The notes below the pieces were generated by a model. That model was not told where the DNA came from and made no database searches. It was given only the letters and a program-made list of their open reading frames with translations. This document shows positions 46,180 through 55,617 of a stretch of 64,000 bases of DNA, piece by piece. Source of the stretch: a virus; IMG/VR virus record IMGVR_UViG_3300025322_000015, positions 1 through 64,000 of that record; one strand, 5' to 3'. A program made the position numbers and the translations under genes. The stretch's first letter is position 1; every line of letters starts with the position of its first letter.

Positions 46180-46430
46180 TAGAATCCAATCTCCTCATCA
46201 TCTTCATCCTCTGAGAACTCTTCCTCTTCCGGCCACAGAGTAAAGATGTAATCTTCGTTATCTCGGTAACTAAGCACAACACCCATGTTGAATTTAATCC
46301 CGATTCCACCTGCGCTGTTCAGCCAGCCTGCGCCGATCCTGACAGCACCTTTTTTCTTGCGATCTCTCGATTTCATCTTCAGTATGAAATCAGGTTGATC
46401 GCCTGTCTGAGCTTTCTTACGCTTGCGCAT
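46179..46430 (-). CDS. Hypothetical protein with acidic tail
   Basis: RIGAGW..GIGIKFN; SSB/DUF736-like appearance, unconfirmed. Confidence 0.55.
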   Translation of the reverse strand: MRKRKKAQTGDQPDFILKMKSRDRKKKGAVRIGAGWLNSAGGIGIKFNMGVVLSYRDNEDYIFTLWPEEEEFSEDEDDEEIGF

Positions 46431-46442
46431 CTTATCTGTAGA

Positions 46443-47456
46443 TTACCTCTTGTATTTTTTCCTCGTTGGCATGAACGAACTCTCGATGTCGTACCAGCGG
46501 TCGGTGACTACCGTATGCAGCTTCTTAACTTCTGCACGATACTCACGATCGCCCATCTGGTCGAGCGACTTCAGGTATCCTTTGATTCCCTCCTTCTCAA
46601 CGCCAATAAGGTCGAGGGCCTTCACAGCCTTCAACCATTCTACGCACGATGGTACATCGTCAATGCCGTACCCGAACGAGACTTCGAAGTCAGCTTCTCG
46701 ATAAGGCAGGCTGACTTTGTTCTTATCAACCTTAACCCGCAACGCAATTCCGATCGGACGCTCAACACCTTTTATCGTCTTCTTGATTGTCCCCCGCTGC
46801 GCAAGGAATATCGTCTGGCTGGAGTAGAAATCAAGTGCGCGACCGCCGGACCGGGTCGTCTTCCTGCCGAAGGTAACTCCGATGTTGTCACGAACCTGCG
46901 ACACGATAATGAGCGTCACCTTGGAGTCCTGCATCTTCCGAACAAGCCTGCGAAAGATCTGCGACATCATCTTCGCTTTGCCAGTCCCGTACGATCCTTC
47001 ATCGAGACCCCGGTCCATCTCTGCTTTGTCCGAAAGCGAGTCCAGCGAGTCCACAATATACAGCGTCGGTACCTTGGCTTTATCAACTACAGCAGTAAGG
47101 TCCACGAACAGATCTTCTACTGTATCGAACGAGGCTCCGAAATCGACACGATCCAGAGGCATTCCCAACGCCTCGGCATACCCGGGATCGAATGCAGCTT
47201 CGCATTCACGATACTTGATTTGCCCTCGGTCGTGCTTCGCGACAAAATTAGCGCAAGCCTCAATACAAAGTAAACTCTTCCCAGTAGCCTTATCTCCCAC
47301 GATGTTGGCGATACGGTTTTCTACCCATCCGCCACCTAGAGCCAAGTCCAACAGCTTGGATCCTGTTGGTATGAAGGATAGATCAGTTTTGGGAGCTGAA
47401 AAATACGAACCAGCTCCCTCCACCCGCTCCTTCAATAAGCGTTCGCGTTTTACCAT
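46443..47456 (-). CDS. recA: RecA/UvsX-like recombinase
   Basis: TGSKLLDLALGGG, GDKATGKS, IVDSLDSL, SQVRDNIG, SGGRALDFYSS, KVDKNKV. Confidence 0.95.
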   Translation of the reverse strand: MVKRERLLKERVEGAGSYFSAPKTDLSFIPTGSKLLDLALGGGWVENRIANIVGDKATGKSLLCIEACANFVAKHDRGQIKYRECEAAFDPGYAEALGMPLDRVDFGASFDTVEDLFVDLTAVVDKAKVPTLYIVDSLDSLSDKAEMDRGLDEGSYGTGKAKMMSQIFRRLVRKMQDSKVTLIIVSQVRDNIGVTFGRKTTRSGGRALDFYSSQTIFLAQRGTIKKTIKGVERPIGIALRVKVDKNKVSLPYREADFEVSFGYGIDDVPSCVEWLKAVKALDLIGVEKEGIKGYLKSLDQMGDREYRAEVKKLHTVVTDRWYDIESSFMPTRKKYKR

Positions 47457-47525
47457 TCATACCCACTCCTGTGTGCAAAAAGTCCCGAGGAGAACGAATC
47501 CCCCCGAGACTGCTTAGATCACATC

Positions 47526-48779
47526 CTAACGCCCGAATCTCTTCGCGCGTGCCGACTTTCCTCCAGAGCTTGAACTCTCCTTAGAAGAGGATTTCTTCTT
47601 AGGACGCTCGTCTTCCTCTTCTTCCTCGTTATCCTCATCATCATCGTCGTCATCGTCGTCATCGCGAGAAGACTTTTTAGAGGAAGCTTTGCCAGCCTTC
47701 TTCTTAGGCTGCTCATCCTCATCTTCTTCATTCTCGTCGTCGTCATCGTCGTCATCGCGACGCTTCTTCTTTTTGTCGTCCTTCTTGGAAGATGACTTCT
47801 TCTTGGGTTTCTCGTCCTCGTCATCATCCTCATCGGGATCCTCATCCTCGAAGGGATCCTCGTCTTCATCGTCATCATCACGCCGCTTGGACGACTTCTT
47901 TTTCTTCTTCGGCTCGTCGTCTTCCTCGTCAGGATCCTCGTCTTCGTCTTCGTCCTCGTCACGGGACTTCTTTTTCTTCTTGGGCTCGTCCTTTACCTTG
48001 CCGCCCTTCTTTTTCTTCTTCGGCTCGTCGTCTTCCTCCTCCTCGTTCTCGTCGTCTTCCGAGACCGTGCCAGAGATCACACCCTTGAGGTAATCCGCCG
48101 TATAGTAGTGCAGAATGTCAGGGAGGGGGTTCTCACGAATCTCCTCGAGGATCGAATCCTGCTGATCCTCATCGTCGGAGATCGGGCTGGGATCGCTGTC
48201 AATCCTATGTCCGAAATATTTCGTGTTGATTCCCTGCCCGCGCTTCTGGATTGTAACGTCGCGACCATCATCGGGATGATCGATGGCAATTACCTTCCCC
48301 GACCGCTTGTGCGTACACAAGGCTGCGACCGCTTGATCCATCGACCAACTGAGATCGGCGATCTTCGGACCGGTGCCCTCATCGTCACGATCGAGGACCC
48401 AGAAAAGGTAACGCTGCTTTGCCGAAAGTTCAGCAGCCTCCTCCTTGTCGCCGACATCGCGAGCATCCTTGGCGGCGTCGCAGATCGGGCACTTCTGCTT
48501 CTTCATATGCGCCAGGCACAGGTACGTGCCGTTGTTGGCGCCAACGAAAGGATGCACGAAAACTTCCAGGCCGTAGTATTCCGCGTTGTCCCAAGTCGGC
48601 GGGAGGATGCGGAAGGTGTTGTCGCCAGGCTTAAACTTGAACAGCTCAACGCCGTTTTTCAGGATGCCGTCGAAACGACTCCCAGTCTGCTCAGCCTGGC
48701 GCTTCAGGCGTTCGGGACTTGTGGCCTTGTACGCAAAACCACTGCCCTTCTTTTTCTTCTTCTTGTCTTTCACGGCCAT
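47526..48779 (-). CDS. ssDNA-binding protein (T4 gp32-like) with a long K/D/E low-complexity tail
   Basis: FRILPP, HPFVG..YLC..CPIC Zn site, RYLFWVLDR; the C-terminal ~180 aa are alternating acidic and basic blocks. Confidence 0.8.
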   Translation of the reverse strand: MAVKDKKKKKKGSGFAYKATSPERLKRQAEQTGSRFDGILKNGVELFKFKPGDNTFRILPPTWDNAEYYGLEVFVHPFVGANNGTYLCLAHMKKQKCPICDAAKDARDVGDKEEAAELSAKQRYLFWVLDRDDEGTGPKIADLSWSMDQAVAALCTHKRSGKVIAIDHPDDGRDVTIQKRGQGINTKYFGHRIDSDPSPISDDEDQQDSILEEIRENPLPDILHYYTADYLKGVISGTVSEDDENEEEEDDEPKKKKKGGKVKDEPKKKKKSRDEDEDEDEDPDEEDDEPKKKKKSSKRRDDDDEDEDPFEDEDPDEDDDEDEKPKKKSSSKKDDKKKKRRDDDDDDDENEEDEDEQPKKKAGKASSKKSSRDDDDDDDDDEDNEEEEEDERPKKKSSSKESSSSGGKSARAKRFGR

Positions 48780-48802
48780 GCTACTTCTCCTTACAGTTAA
48801 CG

Positions 48803-49372
48803 CTATTGACGACGAAGACGTTCTCTAGTCGCTTGCTTTGTGGTCTCCGCCTTACTATTCCGAACGGTCCTGTTGGCCCGCTCATCTTCCGAACCTCCAT
48901 AGTAGTTGGAGATCCATAACGACACCATGTCCTTCAACACATACGAGCGTTGTGTGTAGGCGTCCTTCAGCGCGGTGATATCTCTCACTCGCGCTTCCGC
49001 ATCCATAAGAATATGAGTGGCTGCAAGAACTTCTTCATCAGAAATCCTGCGAGCCTCAACTCCTGGTTCAGTGATCTTCTCACCATCGTCCTTCGCCTTA
49101 CGCCGTATCTTAGAATCGACACGAGCCTCGACCGATTTCAAATACTGCTTAGCAGCATCGCGTCTCGATACCTCGAGACTGAGTTGCTTCGACACAGCAT
49201 AATAAGAAGTAACCTGAAGCTGAAGAGCCTCCTCCAAACCGTGCTCATCGATCTGAAGACCGTCCTCGTGCTCCTCAATAAATTCAACGTGCTCCGTACT
49301 CACAATCGGCATCCGAAACTCGAAACCCAACTCAGATACCTTCGGCCGTCTTGCCATGGCGCTACCTCTCAC
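48803..49372 (-). CDS. UvsY-like recombination mediator (putative)
   Basis: Helical protein with KITEPGVEARRISDEEV..LKDAYTQRSYVLKDM; sits next to SSB and UvsX. Confidence 0.6.
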   Translation of the reverse strand: MRGSAMARRPKVSELGFEFRMPIVSTEHVEFIEEHEDGLQIDEHGLEEALQLQVTSYYAVSKQLSLEVSRRDAAKQYLKSVEARVDSKIRRKAKDDGEKITEPGVEARRISDEEVLAATHILMDAEARVRDITALKDAYTQRSYVLKDMVSLWISNYYGGSEDERANRTVRNSKAETTKQATRERLRRQ

Positions 49373-49396
49373 ATATTACATATCACTGCGGAGAAA

Positions 49397-50326
49397 CTAC
49401 TGAAGCAGCACACGACCTAATGACAGGAGTAGCGGAGCCATCTTCTCTGAAGGATTATAGTACCCCTCAAACGCTTCAAGGATGGCCAGCAGTCGAGCAG
49501 CATCCTTATCTGATTTCGCACCTTTCAGAACAGCGGCGACGTAGTTGCACATGATGATGCGAACAGACTCGGGATTCTCTTCCTTGAGACGACTGACGAT
49601 CTCCATTGCCTTTGCCCATGATCCTCCAGAACCTACGAGGAAGCGGCAAAGCTCAATCGTCGCGTCAGAGGCGATCGCCGACTTCAGGATCTCAGCAGCC
49701 TGCTTCTTCGTCTCGGACTCAGCACACAGGTCGAGATTCACGATCGCCTGGCGCGGAGAGCCGCGAGCCTCAGAAATGATGACTTCGAGCACGTCATCAG
49801 AGACCTTCATCTTCTCCGCTTTGATCACCCGCTTGACAACGATCTTCAGCTGATCAGATGACAGCAGGCTGAGACCAAACGCACTACAACGCGTCTTGAT
49901 CGTCGCCGGAACCTTGTCGAGCTCAGTTGTGCAGAGGAACCAGTACACATGCGGAGGAGGATTCTCAGTAACCTTCAGAAGTGAGTTCCACGCCGACTTC
50001 GTCAGCATGTGCGCCTCATCGAGGATGATCGCTTTCTTGCTGTTTCCCATCGGAAGGTAGCGAAGCGTCTCCTGAATATCACGAATGTTTTCTACGCCCG
50101 TATTCGTCGCGGCGTCAACCTCGAGGATGTATTCAGGAAGACAACCAACCTCAGCGGCAATGATACGCGCCAGAGTCGTCTTACCTGTTCCTGAGGGTCC
50201 GTGGAACAAGAAGGTTCTGGAGGACTTCCGTTTGATTACGCTCTCGATAGACTTCAAAATAACCTTGTGCCCAACAACCTCTTCAAAGGATGCCGGGCGA
50301 TACTTAACAGGCAATGATTGTGTCAT
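49397..50326 (-). CDS. Clamp loader subunit (DnaX gamma/tau-like)
   Basis: KYRPASFEEVVG, GPSGTGKTTLARI, IILDEAHML, TIKTRC (SRC-like). Confidence 0.92.
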   Translation of the reverse strand: MTQSLPVKYRPASFEEVVGHKVILKSIESVIKRKSSRTFLFHGPSGTGKTTLARIIAAEVGCLPEYILEVDAATNTGVENIRDIQETLRYLPMGNSKKAIILDEAHMLTKSAWNSLLKVTENPPPHVYWFLCTTELDKVPATIKTRCSAFGLSLLSSDQLKIVVKRVIKAEKMKVSDDVLEVIISEARGSPRQAIVNLDLCAESETKKQAAEILKSAIASDATIELCRFLVGSGGSWAKAMEIVSRLKEENPESVRIIMCNYVAAVLKGAKSDKDAARLLAILEAFEGYYNPSEKMAPLLLSLGRVLLQ

Positions 50327-50327
50327 C

Positions 50328-50639
50328 TTATCCCCGTAGCCTAACTCGAGTGTTCATCCGAACTCGAGGCAATGGTTTCTTCTTCGTAATCATCTTGTTA
50401 GGATTCTTAATCAAATCCTCGTAACTCACCCAAGCTCGACCCTCACCCGATACCTGCCGCCAAGCTTGGCGTAGACAGATGCCGAGATCCTTATCACGAC
50501 CGTAATAGTAGTTACCGTTCAACCCAACGGAGATAAACCACGTACCCTCGTTAGCTTGATAGAAGTTGTTAACACGATAATTCTTCGTTGCTATCTTAGT
50601 AAGAAACTCGTCCATGCCTAACTTATCGTCTAACGACAT
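50328..50639 (-). CDS. Hypothetical protein
   Basis: 103 aa; ends in PRVRMNTRVRLRG. Confidence 0.6.
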   Translation of the reverse strand: MSLDDKLGMDEFLTKIATKNYRVNNFYQANEGTWFISVGLNGNYYYGRDKDLGICLRQAWRQVSGEGRAWVSYEDLIKNPNKMITKKKPLPRVRMNTRVRLRG

Positions 50640-50648
50640 GGTCCTCTC

Positions 50649-53201
50649 CTATACAGCGATGCGGCCATTCCACTCGTCAGAGAAGTATTCTCCGACGTGT
50701 TCTAGGTTTGCCCAATTTGTACCAACTGACATCTCAACGCTCATCGGGACTATCTTGACCCAATCATATGACGAATCTAGCATAATGGTGATCACAGTCT
50801 CAGCATTACGGTCCACATCTTTCTTCGGCCAGATGAATGTCAAATCATCGTGAATTTCGAATACGGGAATGAATCGATCATCATCAAGGTCGGCTAGGCG
50901 TATCAGAGCATCGAGAACAATCACTGATTCATCTGACTGTATCGGGGTGTTGATAATCTCCGTTGGGGCGACTGGCGCGCGACGCCGGAACCCCGATAAT
51001 CCTGTTACATATCCGTTCTTGCGATAGAAGGTTCGCAAAGTCTTATGCCACTTCGCGATGCCTGGAAATTCATCGCGGAACTCTTGACCGAGATCGTGGC
51101 CGATCGATTCAGGAATACCGAGCCCCGAAGAAGTCGTTCTGGCGCCCGCTCCGAAGAATAGCGGAAACACCAACTTGTTCTTGGACTGCTGCCGATAGTG
51201 CTTCGCGAGCTTCTTGTCCGTCGCTAACTTCTTCGCTCCTTCAGTGACCCATTTCGGATGTCTGCGAATGATCCGTTCCATCCAGTCCGTATGAATATCA
51301 TATCGCTCTTTGAAATACTTGACGAGAGTCTTATCTTTTGACTCCATCGCAACATTTCGAGCTTGGATACCGCCGAAGTCAAACGCGACCACAACAAGGT
51401 CGCCACCGGGCTCGACAATCTCACGAACCTCCTTGCCATCGTACTTCGGCCAGTTCTGTGAGTTAGGAGAGTCCGAAGACGTACGCCACGTGCGCGTAGT
51501 CGTAGTAGATACAATTGGGTGGAAGCGATTGCCGAACAAGACGGGGGAACCGGGCAATGCTGCCGACACATAAGTTGAGTGAAGCTTCGCAATCTTCCGG
51601 CGCTTCAAGATCAGCGTGGCCTCGCCACCTAGGCCTTTGATCGCCTCTTCATCAGCTGAAGTGATTACGTGCTTAAGTACATCAACCATCAACTTCTTGA
51701 CGTCATCGTTGGACCCCGGTTTAAACGGGCGTTGAAAACGCTTCTGGAACGTCTTAACAGAAGGGTACTCGATAATATCCTTATCAATCACCTCGATCTG
51801 TTTTGTGTACTTCTTATCAAACGTCGCAGCCTTCAGAGCATTGACAGGAACACCCTTGACTTGCATCAATACAAGAGCGGCGACTCTTTCGAGGTTGTGG
51901 TGATACTGCTCCACGAGTTCGTCGGCGACTAGCCTCGCGGATTGAACAATGTACAACAGCCGATGGTACTTCGAGTCAACACCATTGTAGAGCAGGACAT
52001 CGCGCAGCGGAGCATTATCGAGATTGGCTCGATCTATCGGATTGATCGATTTTACGGAGATGCCAAAATACTGCTGGCATAGGCCATCGAGACTCAGGAC
52101 ACCCGATCCCGCGCGCTCGTCGAGAATGTAGGCCTGCGATTGCGAACATCCCCACCGACCGTTCCGCAGAGTCTCTCCGCCAAATTTCTCCACACTCCAT
52201 TCAAGCTCAAATGGAAGGTTGTGAGAAACCTTTACGCAGTTCGAAGTCTCGAGAAATTCAACAAAGGCAGCTTCTAGCCGCTTGCGTTGTTTTGGTGTCC
52301 AGGGAGCCTGTTTATGTCGAATTGGAAATACGTACGTGAGTTTAGCCCCACTCAAAGCAACCGTTAGGATCTTCGATCCCTCTTTGAAGGGGCGGAGGCC
52401 ATTCGTCTCGTAGTCAAGCCCGACGATATCTTCTTTCGCGAACCGCTTCAAAGTTCGAATGATATCCAGAACATCGTCGTCGCCGTTGGAACCATCGACA
52501 ATCTGAATATCTGCCAGCGCCTCTTCTCGTGAATGCACTCGAGCCTTTGGCAGCTTTTCTACAAGCTCGAATGCTTTCTTGAGTTGAATCTCGAATGCGA
52601 ACTCTTCCTCGGAGGCGTAAGCAGAGTCACCTCCGCGACCTCCACCACCTCGAACAATAAAAGAAGGATGGTACATCGGGAAGTACCAACAGACGTGCAA
52701 GCCGATCTTGACTGGCATGTACCGACCGCACCAGCGGGAGATGCCAGATAGTCCCGTTGCCCAGGTTAGGGCGATGTTCCCGAAACCAAATATTGCTTTG
52801 GGCTTGGCCTTCTCGATGTCACGGACGATGCTGGGCCGGCAGCACTCAATCTCGATGTATGTCGGTGTCTTGTTGTTTGGCGGACGAGTTCGAACTACAT
52901 TGTTCCAACGGATCTGGTCCTTCCACTTAGGCGGGATCCTGTCGCGCAGCACTTCACCTGATTTGCCAATGAAGTGTTTTCCGGTTCTATCTTCGTCCTT
53001 GCCTGGAGCCTCTCCTAGGATGTACACCTTTGGCGTGTCCGAGCCCGTCGGCTTCATATGCGGGGTCTTCAAACCAACTTGGCTGTTCAACGGACATGCC
53101 GAGCACTCCGCTTTGTGCAACATCTCCTTGGAATACTTCGCAGCACTAGGCTTAGATTTCTTCTGTGAAGTTTCTAATCCGACGAAGCCAATAAGACCCA
53201 T
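50649..53201 (-). CDS. polA: Family A DNA polymerase with N-terminal uracil-DNA glycosylase-like domain and 3'-5' exonuclease
   Basis: UDG family 4-like: CSACPL, GEAPG, HPSF. Exo: DYET, HNLPFE, YNGVD. Pol: TWRTSSDSPNSQN, DFGGIQAR, KNKLVFPLFFG, IHDD. Confidence 0.93.
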   Translation of the reverse strand: MGLIGFVGLETSQKKSKPSAAKYSKEMLHKAECSACPLNSQVGLKTPHMKPTGSDTPKVYILGEAPGKDEDRTGKHFIGKSGEVLRDRIPPKWKDQIRWNNVVRTRPPNNKTPTYIEIECCRPSIVRDIEKAKPKAIFGFGNIALTWATGLSGISRWCGRYMPVKIGLHVCWYFPMYHPSFIVRGGGGRGGDSAYASEEEFAFEIQLKKAFELVEKLPKARVHSREEALADIQIVDGSNGDDDVLDIIRTLKRFAKEDIVGLDYETNGLRPFKEGSKILTVALSGAKLTYVFPIRHKQAPWTPKQRKRLEAAFVEFLETSNCVKVSHNLPFELEWSVEKFGGETLRNGRWGCSQSQAYILDERAGSGVLSLDGLCQQYFGISVKSINPIDRANLDNAPLRDVLLYNGVDSKYHRLLYIVQSARLVADELVEQYHHNLERVAALVLMQVKGVPVNALKAATFDKKYTKQIEVIDKDIIEYPSVKTFQKRFQRPFKPGSNDDVKKLMVDVLKHVITSADEEAIKGLGGEATLILKRRKIAKLHSTYVSAALPGSPVLFGNRFHPIVSTTTTRTWRTSSDSPNSQNWPKYDGKEVREIVEPGGDLVVVAFDFGGIQARNVAMESKDKTLVKYFKERYDIHTDWMERIIRRHPKWVTEGAKKLATDKKLAKHYRQQSKNKLVFPLFFGAGARTTSSGLGIPESIGHDLGQEFRDEFPGIAKWHKTLRTFYRKNGYVTGLSGFRRRAPVAPTEIINTPIQSDESVIVLDALIRLADLDDDRFIPVFEIHDDLTFIWPKKDVDRNAETVITIMLDSSYDWVKIVPMSVEMSVGTNWANLEHVGEYFSDEWNGRIAV

Positions 53202-53224
53202 GTACCCACCACCCTCATGATCCT

Positions 53225-53302
53225 GCGAATCTGGACGAGAGACGGGCGAAGCGCGATCCGGGTAGCGAGGGGCAGCGGACTCGAGGAACGCCCGTCTTTC
53301 GC
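53225..53302. repeat. Intergenic palindromic element, copy D
   Basis: cctgcgaatctgg start shared with copy B; agacgggcg (53240-53248) / cgcccgtct (53289-53297) arms; gggtagcg loop. Confidence 0.6.
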
Positions 53303-53315
53303 TGAGCTCGACCGC

Positions 53316-54404
53316 TCAGCCCTGGACAGCGACTAAGTGATACGTATCACGGCCGCTTGCGAGAACGATACAGCCGGCATCGAAAATAATCTTATCGAAC
53401 TTCGTCAGATCGCACTCGCGGAAACGTGCCAGGTCAATCTTCAAGCTGACCTCAGGATGATCGCCTATCTCGACAGATTCCGTAACTTCACCGGTCTCGG
53501 ACTTCGAGGAAATACGAAGGAGCCTCTTCCCTTTCGAATTCTCAGCCACCCGAAGCTTCGTTACCGGCTCCAACGCTTTATGCACAACAAGGTAGGCGCG
53601 CTCTAGTGCTGCCGACAGTCCGGCCGGAACCGGGACCATTCCGTTGCCCTTGCCCTTCGGGAGATAGTTCCCCACGATCTCCTTGAACTTCGGAGGATTA
53701 GGATCATCGATGAGTCGGCCATACAGTTTGACGCCGTTGTCAAACAGCATGAGGGCGTACTCATCGTCAAGGTATAGCTTCACTTCCTTCACGTCTTTGC
53801 GCTGCATCAACTTGAGCGCACTTTCGCAGAACAACTTGGACATGGTGACGTGCTTCTCAAGACCATGTCCGTCGGCCGCAACAGGAGCGGAAGACAACGT
53901 TACGGAATCAGTGCTGTAGAACGTAAGAGCCTTTTTCGACTCAGGGACAACAGTAATTCCCAGCCGCTGCGGTTCAGATACACGCCGGCTGAGCGATTGC
54001 AGGCAAATGTCAAAGGCTCGGATCAAAGCCGGCTTGCTTTCCTCATCGAGGGACAACATTGCGTCGTCCTCATCAACCTTCGGAAAGGTGAATAGGAAGG
54101 AATCAGGCGGCAACAGAGGAACCTCGAGCCGGGACCGACCCGACTTGATAACCATAGAGTTGTCCCCTTGTGTGAACAAGACATCGTCGCCGGCGAGCTT
54201 GCTCAGGACACCGCCAAGAAGTGATCCGCGGATCGCTCCTTTAAACTCGGTCTTGTACGGCGCTGCAATAGCGACGACATCGTTGTATGCCATTACCGCC
54301 TTACCCGTAAACCAGTAGTGGGTCAGGACCGGGATCAGATCGTTCGCCGCCAACGCGGGATCGACAGTAGAAAGGACTCCTAGTAGACTCTCACGCTTCA
54401 TCAA
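53316..54404 (-). CDS. DNA sliding clamp (DnaN beta-like)
   Basis: 362 aa; DLIPVLTHYWF, YGRLIDDPNPP, LSAALERA; between polA and dpdA. Confidence 0.75.
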   Translation of the reverse strand: MMKRESLLGVLSTVDPALAANDLIPVLTHYWFTGKAVMAYNDVVAIAAPYKTEFKGAIRGSLLGGVLSKLAGDDVLFTQGDNSMVIKSGRSRLEVPLLPPDSFLFTFPKVDEDDAMLSLDEESKPALIRAFDICLQSLSRRVSEPQRLGITVVPESKKALTFYSTDSVTLSSAPVAADGHGLEKHVTMSKLFCESALKLMQRKDVKEVKLYLDDEYALMLFDNGVKLYGRLIDDPNPPKFKEIVGNYLPKGKGNGMVPVPAGLSAALERAYLVVHKALEPVTKLRVAENSKGKRLLRISSKSETGEVTESVEIGDHPEVSLKIDLARFRECDLTKFDKIIFDAGCIVLASGRDTYHLVAVQG

Positions 54405-55617
54405 GTTTATCCTTTATCTGCTCTAGCCAATAGGCATCTTTGGGGTCAATGTAAGGAGGAGTAGAACCTCTACGAAACACTCTGTCAGCTAATTGGATCT
54501 TCCGACGATTCCAATACTCCTCGCGATGGATGTTCTTAAACTTCAGAGTCCTTCGAGCCGGCGGCGCCTTCACTGCCCCATACTTCGCGTAAGCAATAAT
54601 CTCCGCAGGGTCGGCATCACGCAAATCGAAGTAAGACAAAAGCCTCTCGGCGATACCGAGTCTGTTTAAAATTGCAGACCGGCGCACGTTTCCAGTAGGG
54701 CCTACCGCAAAGATCGCTTTCTTCATCTTCCACGTCGGAAGGTCGTAAGTACTCTGGCTTGGTAGCAGCGTGCCTTTCTTCCGATACGGTTTGTAAGGAA
54801 GCATGCGCGACAAGTTCTGATAATAGATCGCCATGGCTTCCATACGTACATATGGATCATGTCGAAGGTAATGCATCTGCGTCTTCACCTCGTCTTCGAT
54901 GAAGCGCCGCGCCAACCTCTGATACTCTGGACCCTGCATCTCCATCTCGTATCGGTCGTTCTTTCTAGGAGATCCTGTCACCCAAACTGATATCGGGTTG
55001 CAGCTGTAGTTAAACCCAGAGCCCTTGCCGTTCAGCTCAGGAGGAACGAAGATACAACCATATCCTGACTTGATCACCCAAGTCACACTATCGAAGCTGT
55101 ACCAAGGATACGTGTGCAGCACGGGCACGGCTGTGACGCCGAACCCATGAGTCTTAACATATGGACGGCCAGAGGAATCAGTGATGTAGTCGAACACCTT
55201 ATCGAACCATCCCGAGTTCTGCGAGATGGAATCACCTGATGGCGATACCCCAATATAAGGTTCACCGTCGTCTAGGAGTCGCTCAAGGTGATGGAATTCC
55301 TCACCTTGGTGAAACACAGGAATAGGCGACAAACCTGCCGCCTTCATTTCTTGAAGATTGTCGTAAGAACGTTGTGCTCCGATCTCAACGTCCTTGGGTG
55401 TCTTCGTCCTTCCAAAATCACCTGGAATAATATCAAGGTTGACGACGGAATGAAAGTACTGACCATACTCCTTGACGAACGCAATGTAGTCCTGGACCTT
55501 GATTTCCTGGCCGCGAGTCCACGCTCCAAAGGCCCCCGAGTCCAGCATGAGCTCTACATCGATAGGCTGCAAACCCTCAGTTCGCACCTTGGGAGCATGT
55601 ACTCGAATTCTTTTCAT
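54391..55617 (-). CDS. dpdA: TGT-like 7-deazaguanine DNA transglycosylase (DpdA family, subfamily undetermined)
   Basis: MLDSGAF, NLDIIPG, PIPVFHQGE, HGFG, YSFDSVTW TGT-fold motifs; clustered with folE, queC and queD. Confidence 0.8.
   Translation of the reverse strand: MKRIRVHAPKVRTEGLQPIDVELMLDSGAFGAWTRGQEIKVQDYIAFVKEYGQYFHSVVNLDIIPGDFGRTKTPKDVEIGAQRSYDNLQEMKAAGLSPIPVFHQGEEFHHLERLLDDGEPYIGVSPSGDSISQNSGWFDKVFDYITDSSGRPYVKTHGFGVTAVPVLHTYPWYSFDSVTWVIKSGYGCIFVPPELNGKGSGFNYSCNPISVWVTGSPRKNDRYEMEMQGPEYQRLARRFIEDEVKTQMHYLRHDPYVRMEAMAIYYQNLSRMLPYKPYRKKGTLLPSQSTYDLPTWKMKKAIFAVGPTGNVRRSAILNRLGIAERLLSYFDLRDADPAEIIAYAKYGAVKAPPARRTLKFKNIHREEYWNRRKIQLADRVFRRGSTPPYIDPKDAYWLEQIKDKLDEA

Noticed and set aside
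47560-48070. Repetitive DNA resembling a CRISPR or satellite array (also 56600-56950)
   Set aside because: Repeats are in-frame codon repeats with no fixed-length repeat-spacer periodicity, and there are no cas genes.
47519-48093. Arg/Thr-rich and Ser/Phe-rich ORFs in alternative frames (also 56272-57182, 56420-57016)
   Set aside because: By-products of low-complexity GAA/GAC/AAG codon runs in the real K/D/E-rich genes.
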